From Mycolicibacterium smegmatis (lineage in GTDB: Bacteria > Actinomycetota > Actinomycetes > Mycobacteriales > Mycobacteriaceae), in NCBI RefSeq assembly GCF_001457595.1, contig NZ_LN831039.1, forward strand, positions 2,760,001 through 2,792,000: a DNA stretch of 32,000 bases, in the 5' to 3' direction. The translations under genes were made by a program, and so were the position numbers. The notes below the pieces were generated by a model. The model worked only from the letters and a program-made list of their open reading frames with translations, made no database searches and was not told the DNA's origin. Below, piece after piece: positions 1 through 8,355 of this stretch. The first letter of the stretch is position 1, and each line of letters starts with the position of its first letter.

Positions 1-860
1 CAGCGTGCGATCTGGCGGACGTCGAGGACCGCGTCGCCGCGCTGTATCGCCTCCGGGTCGTCGGTCTCACGCACGCTGTGGTCGGACCGCAGGATCAGGT
101 TTGGCACCCCGACGTCGAGGCCGCGGTGCAACTGGGCCTGTCCGCGGCGGATCGCGTTGATCCACCCGAGCGTGATCGGGAACCCGCCCACCGGTTTCCA
201 GTCGAGGTTGTACTCGAACTCGCCGTGGTAGTCACGGTGCAGCGTGGTGCCGTAGCCACCCACGGTGGGTTTGCGGATCACCGTGTGCTTGCGCCACCGC
301 GCCAGCGCGCGCAGCGTCAGCGACGTCGGCGCGGTGCGCAGGATGCCCGGGCCGTGCAGGTCGAAGAACGGGCTGTTGAGCACCAGTCCGGTGATGTTGT
401 GCGTGGCCTGCCTGTTCCGCCGCCGCATCCGGTCGGCGAACAACGTGACGATCAGCCCGCCCGCGGAATGGCCGTACAGGCAGACCCGCGCGCCCGCGGT
501 GTCGTAGCCGATGATCGAGAGCGCCTGCTCCAGTTCGGCGTCGTACCGGGTCAGGTCCGTCGTGAAGTGCGGTGTCTGCCCGTCGCGGCGCGACCGGCCG
601 CACTTGTCGAGATCGAGCGCGTAGAACGCGAAGCCGTGCGCGGCGAACCGGTCGGCGAGCTCGGTGTTGAAGAAGTAGTCGGTATAACCGTGCAGTGCCA
701 GCACCGCGTGCTCGGCGCGGCCGGTGCTCTCCGGATCGCCGCGGCGCACCAGTGTCGCGAACAGATCGCCTTCACCGTCGGGATCCGGACCGAGGTCGAT
801 CGTGCGTTGCCAGAACCCCGGCAGTACATCCGGCTCCCATGAGGGTTCCCGTGACGTCAC
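1..860 (-). CDS. alpha/beta hydrolase (lysophospholipase/monoacylglycerol-lipase-like), partial; the C-terminus runs off the left edge of the window
   Basis: I translated the minus strand by hand in the frame with codon tops at 842, 839 and so on. It is open all the way to position 1 and reads ...SWEPDVLPGFWQRTIDLG...ALHGYTDYFFN...VCLYGHSAGGLIV...NSPFFDL... GHSAGG is a nucleophile elbow. The track lists only its mirror ORF 78..842(+), because edge-truncated ORFs are not reported. The proposed start is GTG at 860..858. TACTGT (a TANNNT -10 box, 872..867 on the minus strand) lies 6 nt upstream, which suggests a leaderless mRNA. The start is uncertain. Confidence 0.8.
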   Translation of the reverse strand, partial: MTSREPSWEPDVLPGFWQRTIDLGPDPDGEGDLFATLVRRGDPESTGRAEHAVLALHGYTDYFFNTELADRFAAHGFAFYALDLDKCGRSRRDGQTPHFTTDLTRYDAELEQALSIIGYDTAGARVCLYGHSAGGLIVTLFADRMRRRNRQATHNITGLVLNSPFFDLHGPGILRTAPTSLTLRALARWRKHTVIRKPTVGGYGTTLHRDYHGEFEYNLDWKPVGGFPITLGWINAIRRGQAQLHRGLDVGVPNLILRSDHSVRETDDPEAIQRGDAVLDVRQIAR

Positions 861-1110
861 GCTCCCACAGTAGCGGCGCGGACCGCGCCGGGTTACCGCC
901 CAGTCGCAAACCTGCGTCCCAAACACCGTGGTAGGAGGGGTCGCGGGCGGGCATCGGTCGTGGAAGTGACCGATCGCACTCACGTGGCACCACCATGCTG
1001 GGCAATCGCGTTATCGGCTCGCGATAACCTGAGCAGAGGAACTGCTGCTGAACCAGCCGACGGGATGTTCGGTTCATGGGCCACGCGACGAAGAAGGGCT
1101 AGCGATCAGG

Positions 1111-2643
1111 GTGTCTGAGGCAAACGCAGGTACGAACGCGAAGACTGACGTCGTGTTGGTGGGGGCCGGCATCATGAGCGCAACGCTGGGCACTCTCATC
1201 AAGCTGCTGGAGCCCAACTGGTCGATCACGATGATCGAGCGCCTCGACGGCGCCGCGGCCGAGAGCAGCGATCCGTGGAACAACGCGGGCACCGGGCACT
1301 CTGCGCTGTGCGAGCTCAACTACACGCCCGCGCTGCCCGACGGCACCATCGACATCAGCAAGGCCGTCAACGTCAACGAGCAGTTCCAGGTCTCGCGGCA
1401 GTTCTGGGCCCACGCCGTCGAGAACGGTGTACTGCCCGACGTCCGCAGCTTCCTCAACCCTGTGCCGCATGTGAGTTTTGTGTACGGCGCCGACAACGTG
1501 CAGTACCTCAAGGCGCGTTACAACGCCCTGGTCACCAACCCGCTGTTCGCGTCGATGGAGTTCATCGACGACAAGGACGAGTTCACGCGGCGCCTGCCGT
1601 TGATGGCGGAGAAGCGCGATTTCTCGGAACCGGTCGCGCTGAACTGGTCGCAGCACGGCACCGACGTCGACTTCGGATCGCTGTCGCGACAGCTGATCGG
1701 ATTCGCCGCGGGCAACGGCATGACCACCATGTTCGGTCACGACGTGCGCGACCTGAGCAAGAATTCCGACGGCAGCTGGACCGTGAAGGTGCGAAACCGC
1801 CGGACCGGCAACAACTTCAAGATCAACGCGAAGTTCGTCTTCGTCGGTGCGGGTGGCGGTGCGCTGCCGCTGCTGCAGAAGTCGGGTATCCCCGAGGCCA
1901 AGGGCTTCGGCGGGTTCCCGGTGGGTGGCGCCTTCCTGCGCACCAACAAGCAGCACCTCACCTCGCGTCACAACGCCAAGGTCTACGGCCTGCCGCCGCT
2001 GGGCGCACCGCCCATGTCGGTGCCGCACCTGGACACGCGCGTCATCAACGGCAGGCAGTGGCTGCTGTTCGGGCCGTTCGCGGGCTGGTCGCCAAAGTTC
2101 CTCAAGCAGGGCAAGGTCACCGACCTGCCGCTGTCGGTGAAGCCGAACAACCTCGCCTCGATGCTCGGCGTCGGTCTGACCGAGGTGGGTCTGCTCAAGT
2201 ACCTCATCGGACAGTTGCTGCTCAGCGAACCAGCACGCGTCGAGACGCTTCGTGAATTCGCCCCCAGCGCAGTCGATTCCGACTGGGAGCTGGACATCGC
2301 CGGGCAGCGCGTGCAGGTGATCCGGCGCAAGGGCGCCGGCGGCGTACTGGAGTTCGGCACCACGGTGCTCGCGGCGGCAGACGGCAGCATCGCAGGCCTG
2401 CTCGGCGCGTCGCCGGGTGCCTCCACCGCGGTGCCCGCGATGCTCGACGTGTTGCAGCGGTGCTTCGCCGACCGTTACCAGGCCTGGACGCCCAAGCTGA
2501 AGGAGATGGTGCCGTCGCTGGGCACCAAGCTGTCCGACGAGCCCAAACTCTTCGAGGAGGTGTGGTCGTGGGGCACCAAGGTGCTCAAGCTGGACGTGCA
2601 AGCGAATACAGCGGAAGCAGCCAACGCCCCGGCGACCGTGTGA
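1111..2643 (+). CDS. mqo: malate:quinone oxidoreductase (FAD-dependent)
   Basis: 510 aa with a GTG start. N-terminal FAD Rossmann motif [15 protein letters not shown], followed by [21 protein letters not shown], which is typical of Mqo. Length and position match M. tuberculosis Rv2852c synteny, from memory. Confidence 0.93.
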
Positions 2644-2656
2644 CGGCGGGAGACAC

Positions 2657-3130
2657 ATGACGGTGTCACTGCGCCGCAGCTGGGCCAAAGACCTCGATGC
2701 GCCAACGCTTTACGAGTTGCTCAAGCTGCGCGTCGAGGTGTTCGTCGTCGAACAGGCCACGCCGTACCCGGAACTGGACGGACGCGACCTGCTCGCCGAG
2801 ACCCGGCACTTCTGGCTTGAGGGGCCCGACGGCGAGGTGATCTCCACGCTGCGCCTCATGGAGGAGCATCCCGGCGGCGAGAAGGTGTTCCGTATCGGCC
2901 GGGTGTGCACCAAACGCAGCGCACGCGGCCAGGGGCACGTCGCGCGGTTGATGCAGGCCGCGCTGGCCGAGGTCGGGGACTACCCGTGCCACATCAACGC
3001 CCAGACGTATCTGGAGGACATGTACGGCAAGCACGGTTTCGTGCGTGACGGCGAGGAGTTCCTCGACGACGGCATCCCGCACATCCCGATGGTGCGCCCC
3101 GGAACCCGTGCCGAGGCCGAGCAACCGTGA
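2657..3130 (+). CDS. GNAT family N-acetyltransferase (ElaA-like)
   Basis: 157 aa. RVEVFVVEQ...YPELDG... followed by the acetyl-CoA site [10 protein letters not shown] (Q/RxxGxG/A). GGGAG RBS lies 5 nt upstream. Matches the position of Rv2851c. Confidence 0.85.
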   Translation: MTVSLRRSWAKDLDAPTLYELLKLRVEVFVVEQATPYPELDGRDLLAETRHFWLEGPDGEVISTLRLMEEHPGGEKVFRIGRVCTKRSARGQGHVARLMQAALAEVGDYPCHINAQTYLEDMYGKHGFVRDGEEFLDDGIPHIPMVRPGTRAEAEQP

Positions 3131-5010
3131 TCCAGCAGACGTATCCCCTGAGCGCGATCGTCGGGCAGGACCGGCTGAGGCTCGCGCTCGTGCTGTGTGC
3201 CGTGCGTCCCGAGATCGGCGGTGTGCTGATCCGCGGCGAGAAGGGCACCGCGAAATCCACTGCTGTGCGCGGACTTGCCGCTGTGCTCGCAGCCGTCGAC
3301 GAGGACGCGAAACTGGTCGAACTGCCCATCGGCGCCACCGAGGACCGTGTGGTCGGCTCGCTGGATCTGCAGAAGGTGCTGCGCGACGGCGAACACGCGT
3401 TCTCGCCGGGCCTGCTGGCCCGCGCGCACGGCGGCGTGCTGTACGTCGACGAGGTGAACCTGCTGCACGACCACCTGGTGGACGTTCTGCTCGACGCGGC
3501 CGCCATGGGACGCGTGCACGTCGAACGCGACGGCATCTCGCACTCGCACGAGGCGCGGTTCGTCCTGATCGGCACCATGAACCCCGAAGAGGGTGAACTG
3601 CGGCCCCAGCTGCTGGACCGGTTCGGCCTGACCGTCGACGTGACCGCGTCGCGCGACGTCGACGTCCGTGTCGAGGTGATCCGTGCCCGAATGGATTTCG
3701 AGGCCGACCCGGAGGGCTTCGTGCGCCGCCACGCCGAGGCCGACGCCGAGTTGTCGCGGCGCATCGCCGCGGCGCGGGACCTGGTCGACTCGGTGGTGTT
3801 GCCCGACACCGAGTTACGGCGCATCGCCGCGCTGTGTGCGGCGTTCGACGTGGACGGTATGCGCGCCGATCTGGTCGTGGCCCGTACCGCGGTCGCCCAC
3901 GCGGCATGGCGCGGGGCGGGCACCGTGTCCGAGGAGGACGTGCGGGTGGCCGCGGAGTTGGCGTTGCCGCACCGGCGCCGTCGCGATCCCTTCGACGATC
4001 CCGGACTGGACCCGGATCGCCTCGACGAGGCCATGCAGCAGGCGGGGGAGCAGGCCGAGGCCGGTCCGGAAAGCAACCCGGAAACCGACCCGGAAACCGA
4101 TCCGGACTTCGACCCCGATTTCGACCCACCCGGCGGCGGTGCCACCACCGATTCGGATGCCGCTGCGCCGCAGGGTAAGCCGAAAAGCTCCTCGACACGG
4201 CAGAGCGCGCCGCCTGCGGCAACCTTCCGCACAAGGGCGCTCGTGGTGCCCGGGATCGGTGAGGGTGCGCCCGGCAAGCGCTCGCGTGCGCGCAACCGCA
4301 CGGGCAAGCCCATCGCCGCGACGGCAGAACCGGGCGAGGGCCACGGTGTGCACGTGTTCGGCACGCTGCTCGCCACCGCCGGGCGCCAGCGGGAACCGGG
4401 ACGGCCGCGACCGGTGCCAGAGGACATCCGGCGCGCGGTGCGCGAAGGACGTGAGGGCAACCTGGTGATCTTCGTCGTCGACGCATCGGGGTCGATGGCC
4501 GCGCGCGACCGCATGTCCGCGGTCAGCGGGGCTGCGATGTCGCTGCTGCGCGACGCCTATCAGCGTCGCGACAAGGTCGCGGTGATCACCTTCCGCGGGC
4601 AGGACGCCCGCGTGCTGCTGCCGCCGACGTCGTCGGTGTACATCGCGAGCCGTCGGCTCGCGCGGTTCGACACCGGCGGGAAAACCCCGCTGGCGCAGGG
4701 ACTCCTGGCCGCCCGTGACGTGGTGATCCGGGAGAAGGCCCGTGACCGGGCACGCCGCAGCCTGGTGGTGGTGCTCACCGACGGCCGTGCGACCGGGGGC
4801 CCGGACCCGCTGCAGCGCGCCAGGCGGGCCGCCGCCGCGCTGGTCGCCGAGGGCACGGCCGCCGTGGTCGTCGACTGCGAAACCTCGTTCGTGCGGCTGG
4901 GTTTGGCGCAGGAACTGGCCACGCAGCTGGGCGGTGAGGCCGTACGGCTGGAGCAGCTGCGGGCAGACGAGTTGACCCGGCTGGTCAAGACCAGGTCAGA
5001 CGCGGCGTAG
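3127..5010 (+). CDS. ChlI/ChlD-type AAA+ chelatase fusion with a C-terminal vWA domain; probably the ATPase component of cobaltochelatase
   Basis: 627 aa. Walker [10 protein letters not shown], Walker [11 protein letters not shown], an acidic and Pro-rich linker, then a vWA MIDAS motif [11 protein letters not shown]. The GTG start overlaps the GNAT stop (GTGA at 3127..3130). Lies next to cobO and cobB. Same size and position as Rv2850c. Confidence 0.9.
   Translation: MIQQTYPLSAIVGQDRLRLALVLCAVRPEIGGVLIRGEKGTAKSTAVRGLAAVLAAVDEDAKLVELPIGATEDRVVGSLDLQKVLRDGEHAFSPGLLARAHGGVLYVDEVNLLHDHLVDVLLDAAAMGRVHVERDGISHSHEARFVLIGTMNPEEGELRPQLLDRFGLTVDVTASRDVDVRVEVIRARMDFEADPEGFVRRHAEADAELSRRIAAARDLVDSVVLPDTELRRIAALCAAFDVDGMRADLVVARTAVAHAAWRGAGTVSEEDVRVAAELALPHRRRRDPFDDPGLDPDRLDEAMQQAGEQAEAGPESNPETDPETDPDFDPDFDPPGGGATTDSDAAAPQGKPKSSSTRQSAPPAATFRTRALVVPGIGEGAPGKRSRARNRTGKPIAATAEPGEGHGVHVFGTLLATAGRQREPGRPRPVPEDIRRAVREGREGNLVIFVVDASGSMAARDRMSAVSGAAMSLLRDAYQRRDKVAVITFRGQDARVLLPPTSSVYIASRRLARFDTGGKTPLAQGLLAARDVVIREKARDRARRSLVVVLTDGRATGGPDPLQRARRAAAALVAEGTAAVVVDCETSFVRLGLAQELATQLGGEAVRLEQLRADELTRLVKTRSDAA
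4066..4125 (+). repeat. in-frame tandem repeat, five 12-bp units, in the chelatase linker
   Basis: CCGGAAAGCAAC / CCGGAAACCGAC / CCGGAAACCGAT / CCGGACTTCGAC / CCCGATTTCGAC, encoding [20 protein letters not shown]. Read directly from the sequence. Confidence 0.9.
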
Positions 5011-5022
5011 AGAGGACGGCAC

Positions 5023-5637
5023 ATGCCCCAGGGACAGCCACTCGTGGTTCCCGACGACGGCCTGACCACGCGCGCCCGGCGCAACGCCCCGGTGCTCGCG
5101 GTGCACACCGGGCCCGGTAAGGGAAAGTCCACCGCGGCGTTCGGGATGGCGTTGCGCGCCTGGAACCAGGGTTTTCGTGTCGCGGTGTTCCAGTTCGTCA
5201 AGAGCGCGAAGTGGAAGGTCGGCGAGGAGGCGGTGTTCCGCGAACTCGGCAGGCTCCACGACGAGCACGGCGCAGGCGGGCCGGTCGAATGGCACAAGAT
5301 GGGCTCCGGCTGGTCGTGGACCCGCAAACACGGCAGCGACGACGACCACGCCGCCGCGGCCGCCGACGGCTGGGCCGAGATCAAACGACGACTCGCCGCC
5401 GAGCAGCATGATTTCTACGTCCTCGACGAGTTCACCTATCCGCTCAAGTGGGGCTGGGTCGACGTCGACGACGTGGTTTCCACGCTCACGGAGCGGCCGG
5501 GCAGGCAGCATGTCGTGATCACCGGCCGTGACGCGCCGCAGGCACTGATCGACGCGGCTGATCTGGTCACCGAGATGACCAAGATCAAGCATCCGATGGA
5601 CGTGGGGCGCAAGGGCCAGAAGGGCATCGAATGGTAG
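5023..5637 (+). CDS. cobO: cob(I)yrinic acid a,c-diamide adenosyltransferase
   Basis: 204 aa. P-loop HTGPGKGKSTAAFG, then VFQFVK..KW..GE and DEFTYPLKWGW, typical of CobO/BtuR. GAGGA RBS upstream. Matches Rv2849c synteny. Confidence 0.92.
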   Translation: MPQGQPLVVPDDGLTTRARRNAPVLAVHTGPGKGKSTAAFGMALRAWNQGFRVAVFQFVKSAKWKVGEEAVFRELGRLHDEHGAGGPVEWHKMGSGWSWTRKHGSDDDHAAAAADGWAEIKRRLAAEQHDFYVLDEFTYPLKWGWVDVDDVVSTLTERPGRQHVVITGRDAPQALIDAADLVTEMTKIKHPMDVGRKGQKGIEW

Positions 5638-5687
5638 GCCCCGCGTGGTAGGCCCAGCATGGTAGGCCCAGCATGGTAGGCACCACC
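5632..5687. repeat. tandem repeat, four 14-bp units, spanning the cobO stop and the cobB start
   Basis: TGGTAGGCCCCGCG / TGGTAGGCCCAGCA / TGGTAGGCCCAGCA / TGGTAGGCACCACC at 5632, 5646, 5660 and 5674. Unit 1 carries the cobO W-stop (TGG TAG). The base before unit 4, plus unit 4 itself, gives the cobB ATG GTA GGC. Confidence 0.95.
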
Positions 5688-7049
5688 CCGGCGGTGGTGA
5701 TCGCCGCTCCCGCCTCGGGCAGCGGCAAGACCACGGTGAGCACAGGCCTCATCGGCGCGTTACGCGCCGCCGGGCACACCGTGGCGCCGTTCAAGGTGGG
5801 TCCCGATTTCATCGACCCCGGCTACCACGCGGTGGCCGCGGGCCGGCCCGGGCGCAACCTCGATCCGGTGCTCGTCGGTGAGGACCTGATCGGCCCGTTG
5901 TACGCGCACGGCAGTGCCGGCGCCGACATCGCGGTGGTCGAGGGTGTCATGGGTCTGTTCGACGGGCGCATCTGCGACCAGATGACCGGCACACCGCAGG
6001 GATCTGCCGCCCAGGTGGCGAGTCTGCTGGGCGCACCGGTGATTCTCGTCGTCGATGCGCGGGGGCAGAGCCAGAGCATCGCGGCGCTGCTGCACGGCTT
6101 CACCACGTTCGACTCGGCCGTGCATGTCGCGGGCGTCATCCTCAACCGGGTCGGGTCGCCGCGCCACGAGGCCGTGCTGCGGCAGGCATGCGAGCACGCC
6201 GGTGTCGCGGTGCTCGGGGCGATCCCGCGTGCCGACGAATTGAGCGTTCCCTCAAGGCATCTCGGTCTCATCACCGCTGTCGAACACGGCAGGCAGGCCC
6301 GCGACGCGGTGGCTGCGATGACCGAACTGGTGGGCCGACATGTCGACCTCGCGGCCGTGATGGCCTGTGCGAGTGCCCGGGTGAGCGCGCAGCCGTGGAG
6401 TCCGTGCGTCGAAACCTCGTTCCCGGTCGCAGATGTCGCCGGCGTCACGGTCGCGCTCGCGTCCGGCAAGGCGTTCAGTTTCGGCTACGCCGAGCACGCC
6501 GAACTCCTGCGCGGTACGGGCGCGACCGTCGCCGAGTTCGACCCACTGGTCGACCCGTTGCCCGACGGCGCCGACGCGCTCGTGCTGCCCGGCGGCTTCC
6601 CGGAACAGTTCACCGCCGAACTGTCGGCCAATGACCTTGTGCGCCAGCAGATCCGCGAGCTCGCCGAACGCGGCGCACCGATCCACGCCGAGTGCGCGGG
6701 CCTGACGTATCTGGTCGACGACCTCGACGGCGCGCCGATGTGCGGTGTGCTGCGCGGATCGGCGAAGTTCACCGAACGGCTCACGCTGGGCTACCGCGAC
6801 GCGGTCGCCGTGGTGGACTCGTCGATGCACGCCGCGGGGGAGCGGGTAGTCGGCCATGAATTCCACCGCACCGCAGTCACATTCGACGACGATCTGCCGC
6901 CGGCGTGGGCCTTCGCGGGCCGCGGTGGCGCCCCGGCGCGCGACGGTGCGGTGTTGCGTGGTGTGCACGCGGGTTACCTGCACACCCATCCCGCGGCGCA
7001 CCCGCAGGCGATCGCCCGGTTCGTGGCGTCGGCGGTGCCGACCAATTGA
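5673..7049 (+). CDS. cobB: cobyrinate a,c-diamide synthase (CobB/CbiA, glutamine amidotransferase)
   Basis: 458 aa. N-terminal P-loop APASGSGKTTVSTGL, then FKVGPDFIDPGYH, and a C-terminal GATase region with ECAGLTYL (catalytic Cys). Matches Rv2848c synteny. Confidence 0.92.
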   Translation: MVGTTPAVVIAAPASGSGKTTVSTGLIGALRAAGHTVAPFKVGPDFIDPGYHAVAAGRPGRNLDPVLVGEDLIGPLYAHGSAGADIAVVEGVMGLFDGRICDQMTGTPQGSAAQVASLLGAPVILVVDARGQSQSIAALLHGFTTFDSAVHVAGVILNRVGSPRHEAVLRQACEHAGVAVLGAIPRADELSVPSRHLGLITAVEHGRQARDAVAAMTELVGRHVDLAAVMACASARVSAQPWSPCVETSFPVADVAGVTVALASGKAFSFGYAEHAELLRGTGATVAEFDPLVDPLPDGADALVLPGGFPEQFTAELSANDLVRQQIRELAERGAPIHAECAGLTYLVDDLDGAPMCGVLRGSAKFTERLTLGYRDAVAVVDSSMHAAGERVVGHEFHRTAVTFDDDLPPAWAFAGRGGAPARDGAVLRGVHAGYLHTHPAAHPQAIARFVASAVPTN

Positions 7050-7114
7050 GCACAGCGGCAGCCACTCAGCGAACCACCGGACAACGCGCGGACGGCACGA
7101 ACTAAGCTCGGCGG

Positions 7115-8323
7115 GTGACCGAAGATGCCTACCTCGTCGGCCTGCGCCTGTCGGGCAAGAAGGTCGTCGTTGTCGGCGGCGGAACCGTCGCGCAGCGCCG
7201 GCTGCCCCTGCTGCTCGCCAACGGCGCCGACGTCCACGTCATCACCCGCGCCGCGACCCCGGTTGTGGAAGCCCTGCAGAAGGACGATCCGGGGATCACG
7301 CTGGAGCTGCGCGACTTCCGGCCCGGTGACCTCGAAGGCGCCTGGTATGTGATCGCCGCAACCGACGATCCCGTCGTCAACGCCGCGATCGCGGCCGAGG
7401 CCGACGAGCGGCGGATCTTCTGCGTGCGCGCCGACATCGCGCGCGAAGGCTCGGCGGTGACCCCCGCGACGTTCGAGCACGACGGACTCTCCGTTGGCGT
7501 GCTCGCCGGCGGCGAGCACCGCCGCTCGGCCGCGATCCGCTCGGCCATCCACGAGGCGCTGCAGCAAGGCCTCGTCACCGAGGACATGCCCGGCGAGCTC
7601 ACGAGCGGCGTGGCCCTGGTCGGCGGTGGGCCGGGCGACCCGGAGCTCATCACCGTCCGCGGCAGGCGGTTGCTGGCGCGCGCCGACGTGGTCGTGGCCG
7701 ACCGGCTGGCACCGCAGGAACTGCTGGCCGAACTCGGCCCGCACGTCGAGGTGATCGACGCCGCGAAGATCCCGTACGGCCGCGCGATGGCGCAGGAGGC
7801 CATCAACGCGGTGCTGATCGAACGGGCCAGGGCGGGCAAGTTCGTCGTGCGCCTCAAGGGCGGCGATCCGTTCGTGTTCGCGCGCGGCTACGAAGAGGTG
7901 CTCGCGTGCAGTGAGGCCGGGATTCCCGTGACCGTCGTGCCGGGTGTGACGAGTGCCATAGCGGTTCCGGCTCTGGCGGGTGTCCCGGTGACGCATCGGG
8001 GTATGACGCACGAGTTCGTGGTGGTCAGCGGCCATGTTGCGCCAGGGCACCCCGAATCGTTAGTGAATTGGGATGCACTCGCAGCGATGCGCGGCACGAT
8101 CGTGTTGCTGATGGCCGTCGAGCGCATCGAGCAGTTCGCCAAGGTCCTCCTCGAAGGCGGACGACCTGCGGATACGCCGGTTCTGGTGGTGCAGCACGGA
8201 ACCACCATGGCGCAGCGCACTTTGCATGCGACGCTCGCCGACGCGCCAGAGCGCATCCGTTCGGAGGGCATCCGACCTCCCGCGATCATCGTGATCGGCC
8301 CCGTGGCGGGCTTTGCCGGTTAA
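7115..8323 (+). CDS. cysG: bifunctional siroheme synthase-like protein: N-terminal precorrin-2 dehydrogenase/ferrochelatase Rossmann domain plus C-terminal uroporphyrinogen-III C-methyltransferase
   Basis: 402 aa with a GTG start. N-terminal VVVVGGGTVAQRR Rossmann motif. C-terminal SUMT motifs LVGGGPGDPELITVRG, KGGDPFVFARG and PGVTSAIAVPA. Matches the position of Rv2847c. Confidence 0.9.
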   Translation: MTEDAYLVGLRLSGKKVVVVGGGTVAQRRLPLLLANGADVHVITRAATPVVEALQKDDPGITLELRDFRPGDLEGAWYVIAATDDPVVNAAIAAEADERRIFCVRADIAREGSAVTPATFEHDGLSVGVLAGGEHRRSAAIRSAIHEALQQGLVTEDMPGELTSGVALVGGGPGDPELITVRGRRLLARADVVVADRLAPQELLAELGPHVEVIDAAKIPYGRAMAQEAINAVLIERARAGKFVVRLKGGDPFVFARGYEEVLACSEAGIPVTVVPGVTSAIAVPALAGVPVTHRGMTHEFVVVSGHVAPGHPESLVNWDALAAMRGTIVLLMAVERIEQFAKVLLEGGRPADTPVLVVQHGTTMAQRTLHATLADAPERIRSEGIRPPAIIVIGPVAGFAG

Positions 8324-8339
8324 GGATTCTTAAGATTCC
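8324..8339. promoter_or_regulatory. AT-rich near-palindrome GGATTCTTAAGATTCC just upstream of efpA; candidate operator
   Basis: 14 of 16 positions are self-complementary around a central CTTAAG. It lies in the 32-nt cysG-efpA gap, 17 nt upstream of the efpA ATG, and stands out as AT-rich in a GC-rich genome. Function is not established. Confidence 0.3.
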
Positions 8340-8355
8340 GGTAAGGTGACCGGTT

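Noticed and set aside
78-842. 254-aa + strand ORF at the left edge of the window
   Set aside because: Its translation is Arg/Val/Glu-rich with no motifs. The opposite strand, in a frame open to the window edge, encodes a clean alpha/beta hydrolase with GHSAGG. The + ORF is the antisense shadow of that gene.
1099-4514. Very long minus-strand ORFs opposite mqo, the GNAT gene and the chelatase gene (1099..2688, 2666..4486, 2994..4514)
   Set aside because: Their composition is Arg/Pro/Ala/Gly-rich and they have no recognisable domains. They fully overlap well-supported + strand genes. This is the typical stop-codon-poor antisense artefact of about 68% GC DNA.
5011-7114. Cobalamin riboswitch in or around the cob genes
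   Set aside because: The intergenic gaps in the cluster are 12, 35 and 65 nt, far too short for a roughly 200-nt B12 element. I saw no B12-box-like sequence in the 250-nt region upstream of mqo either.
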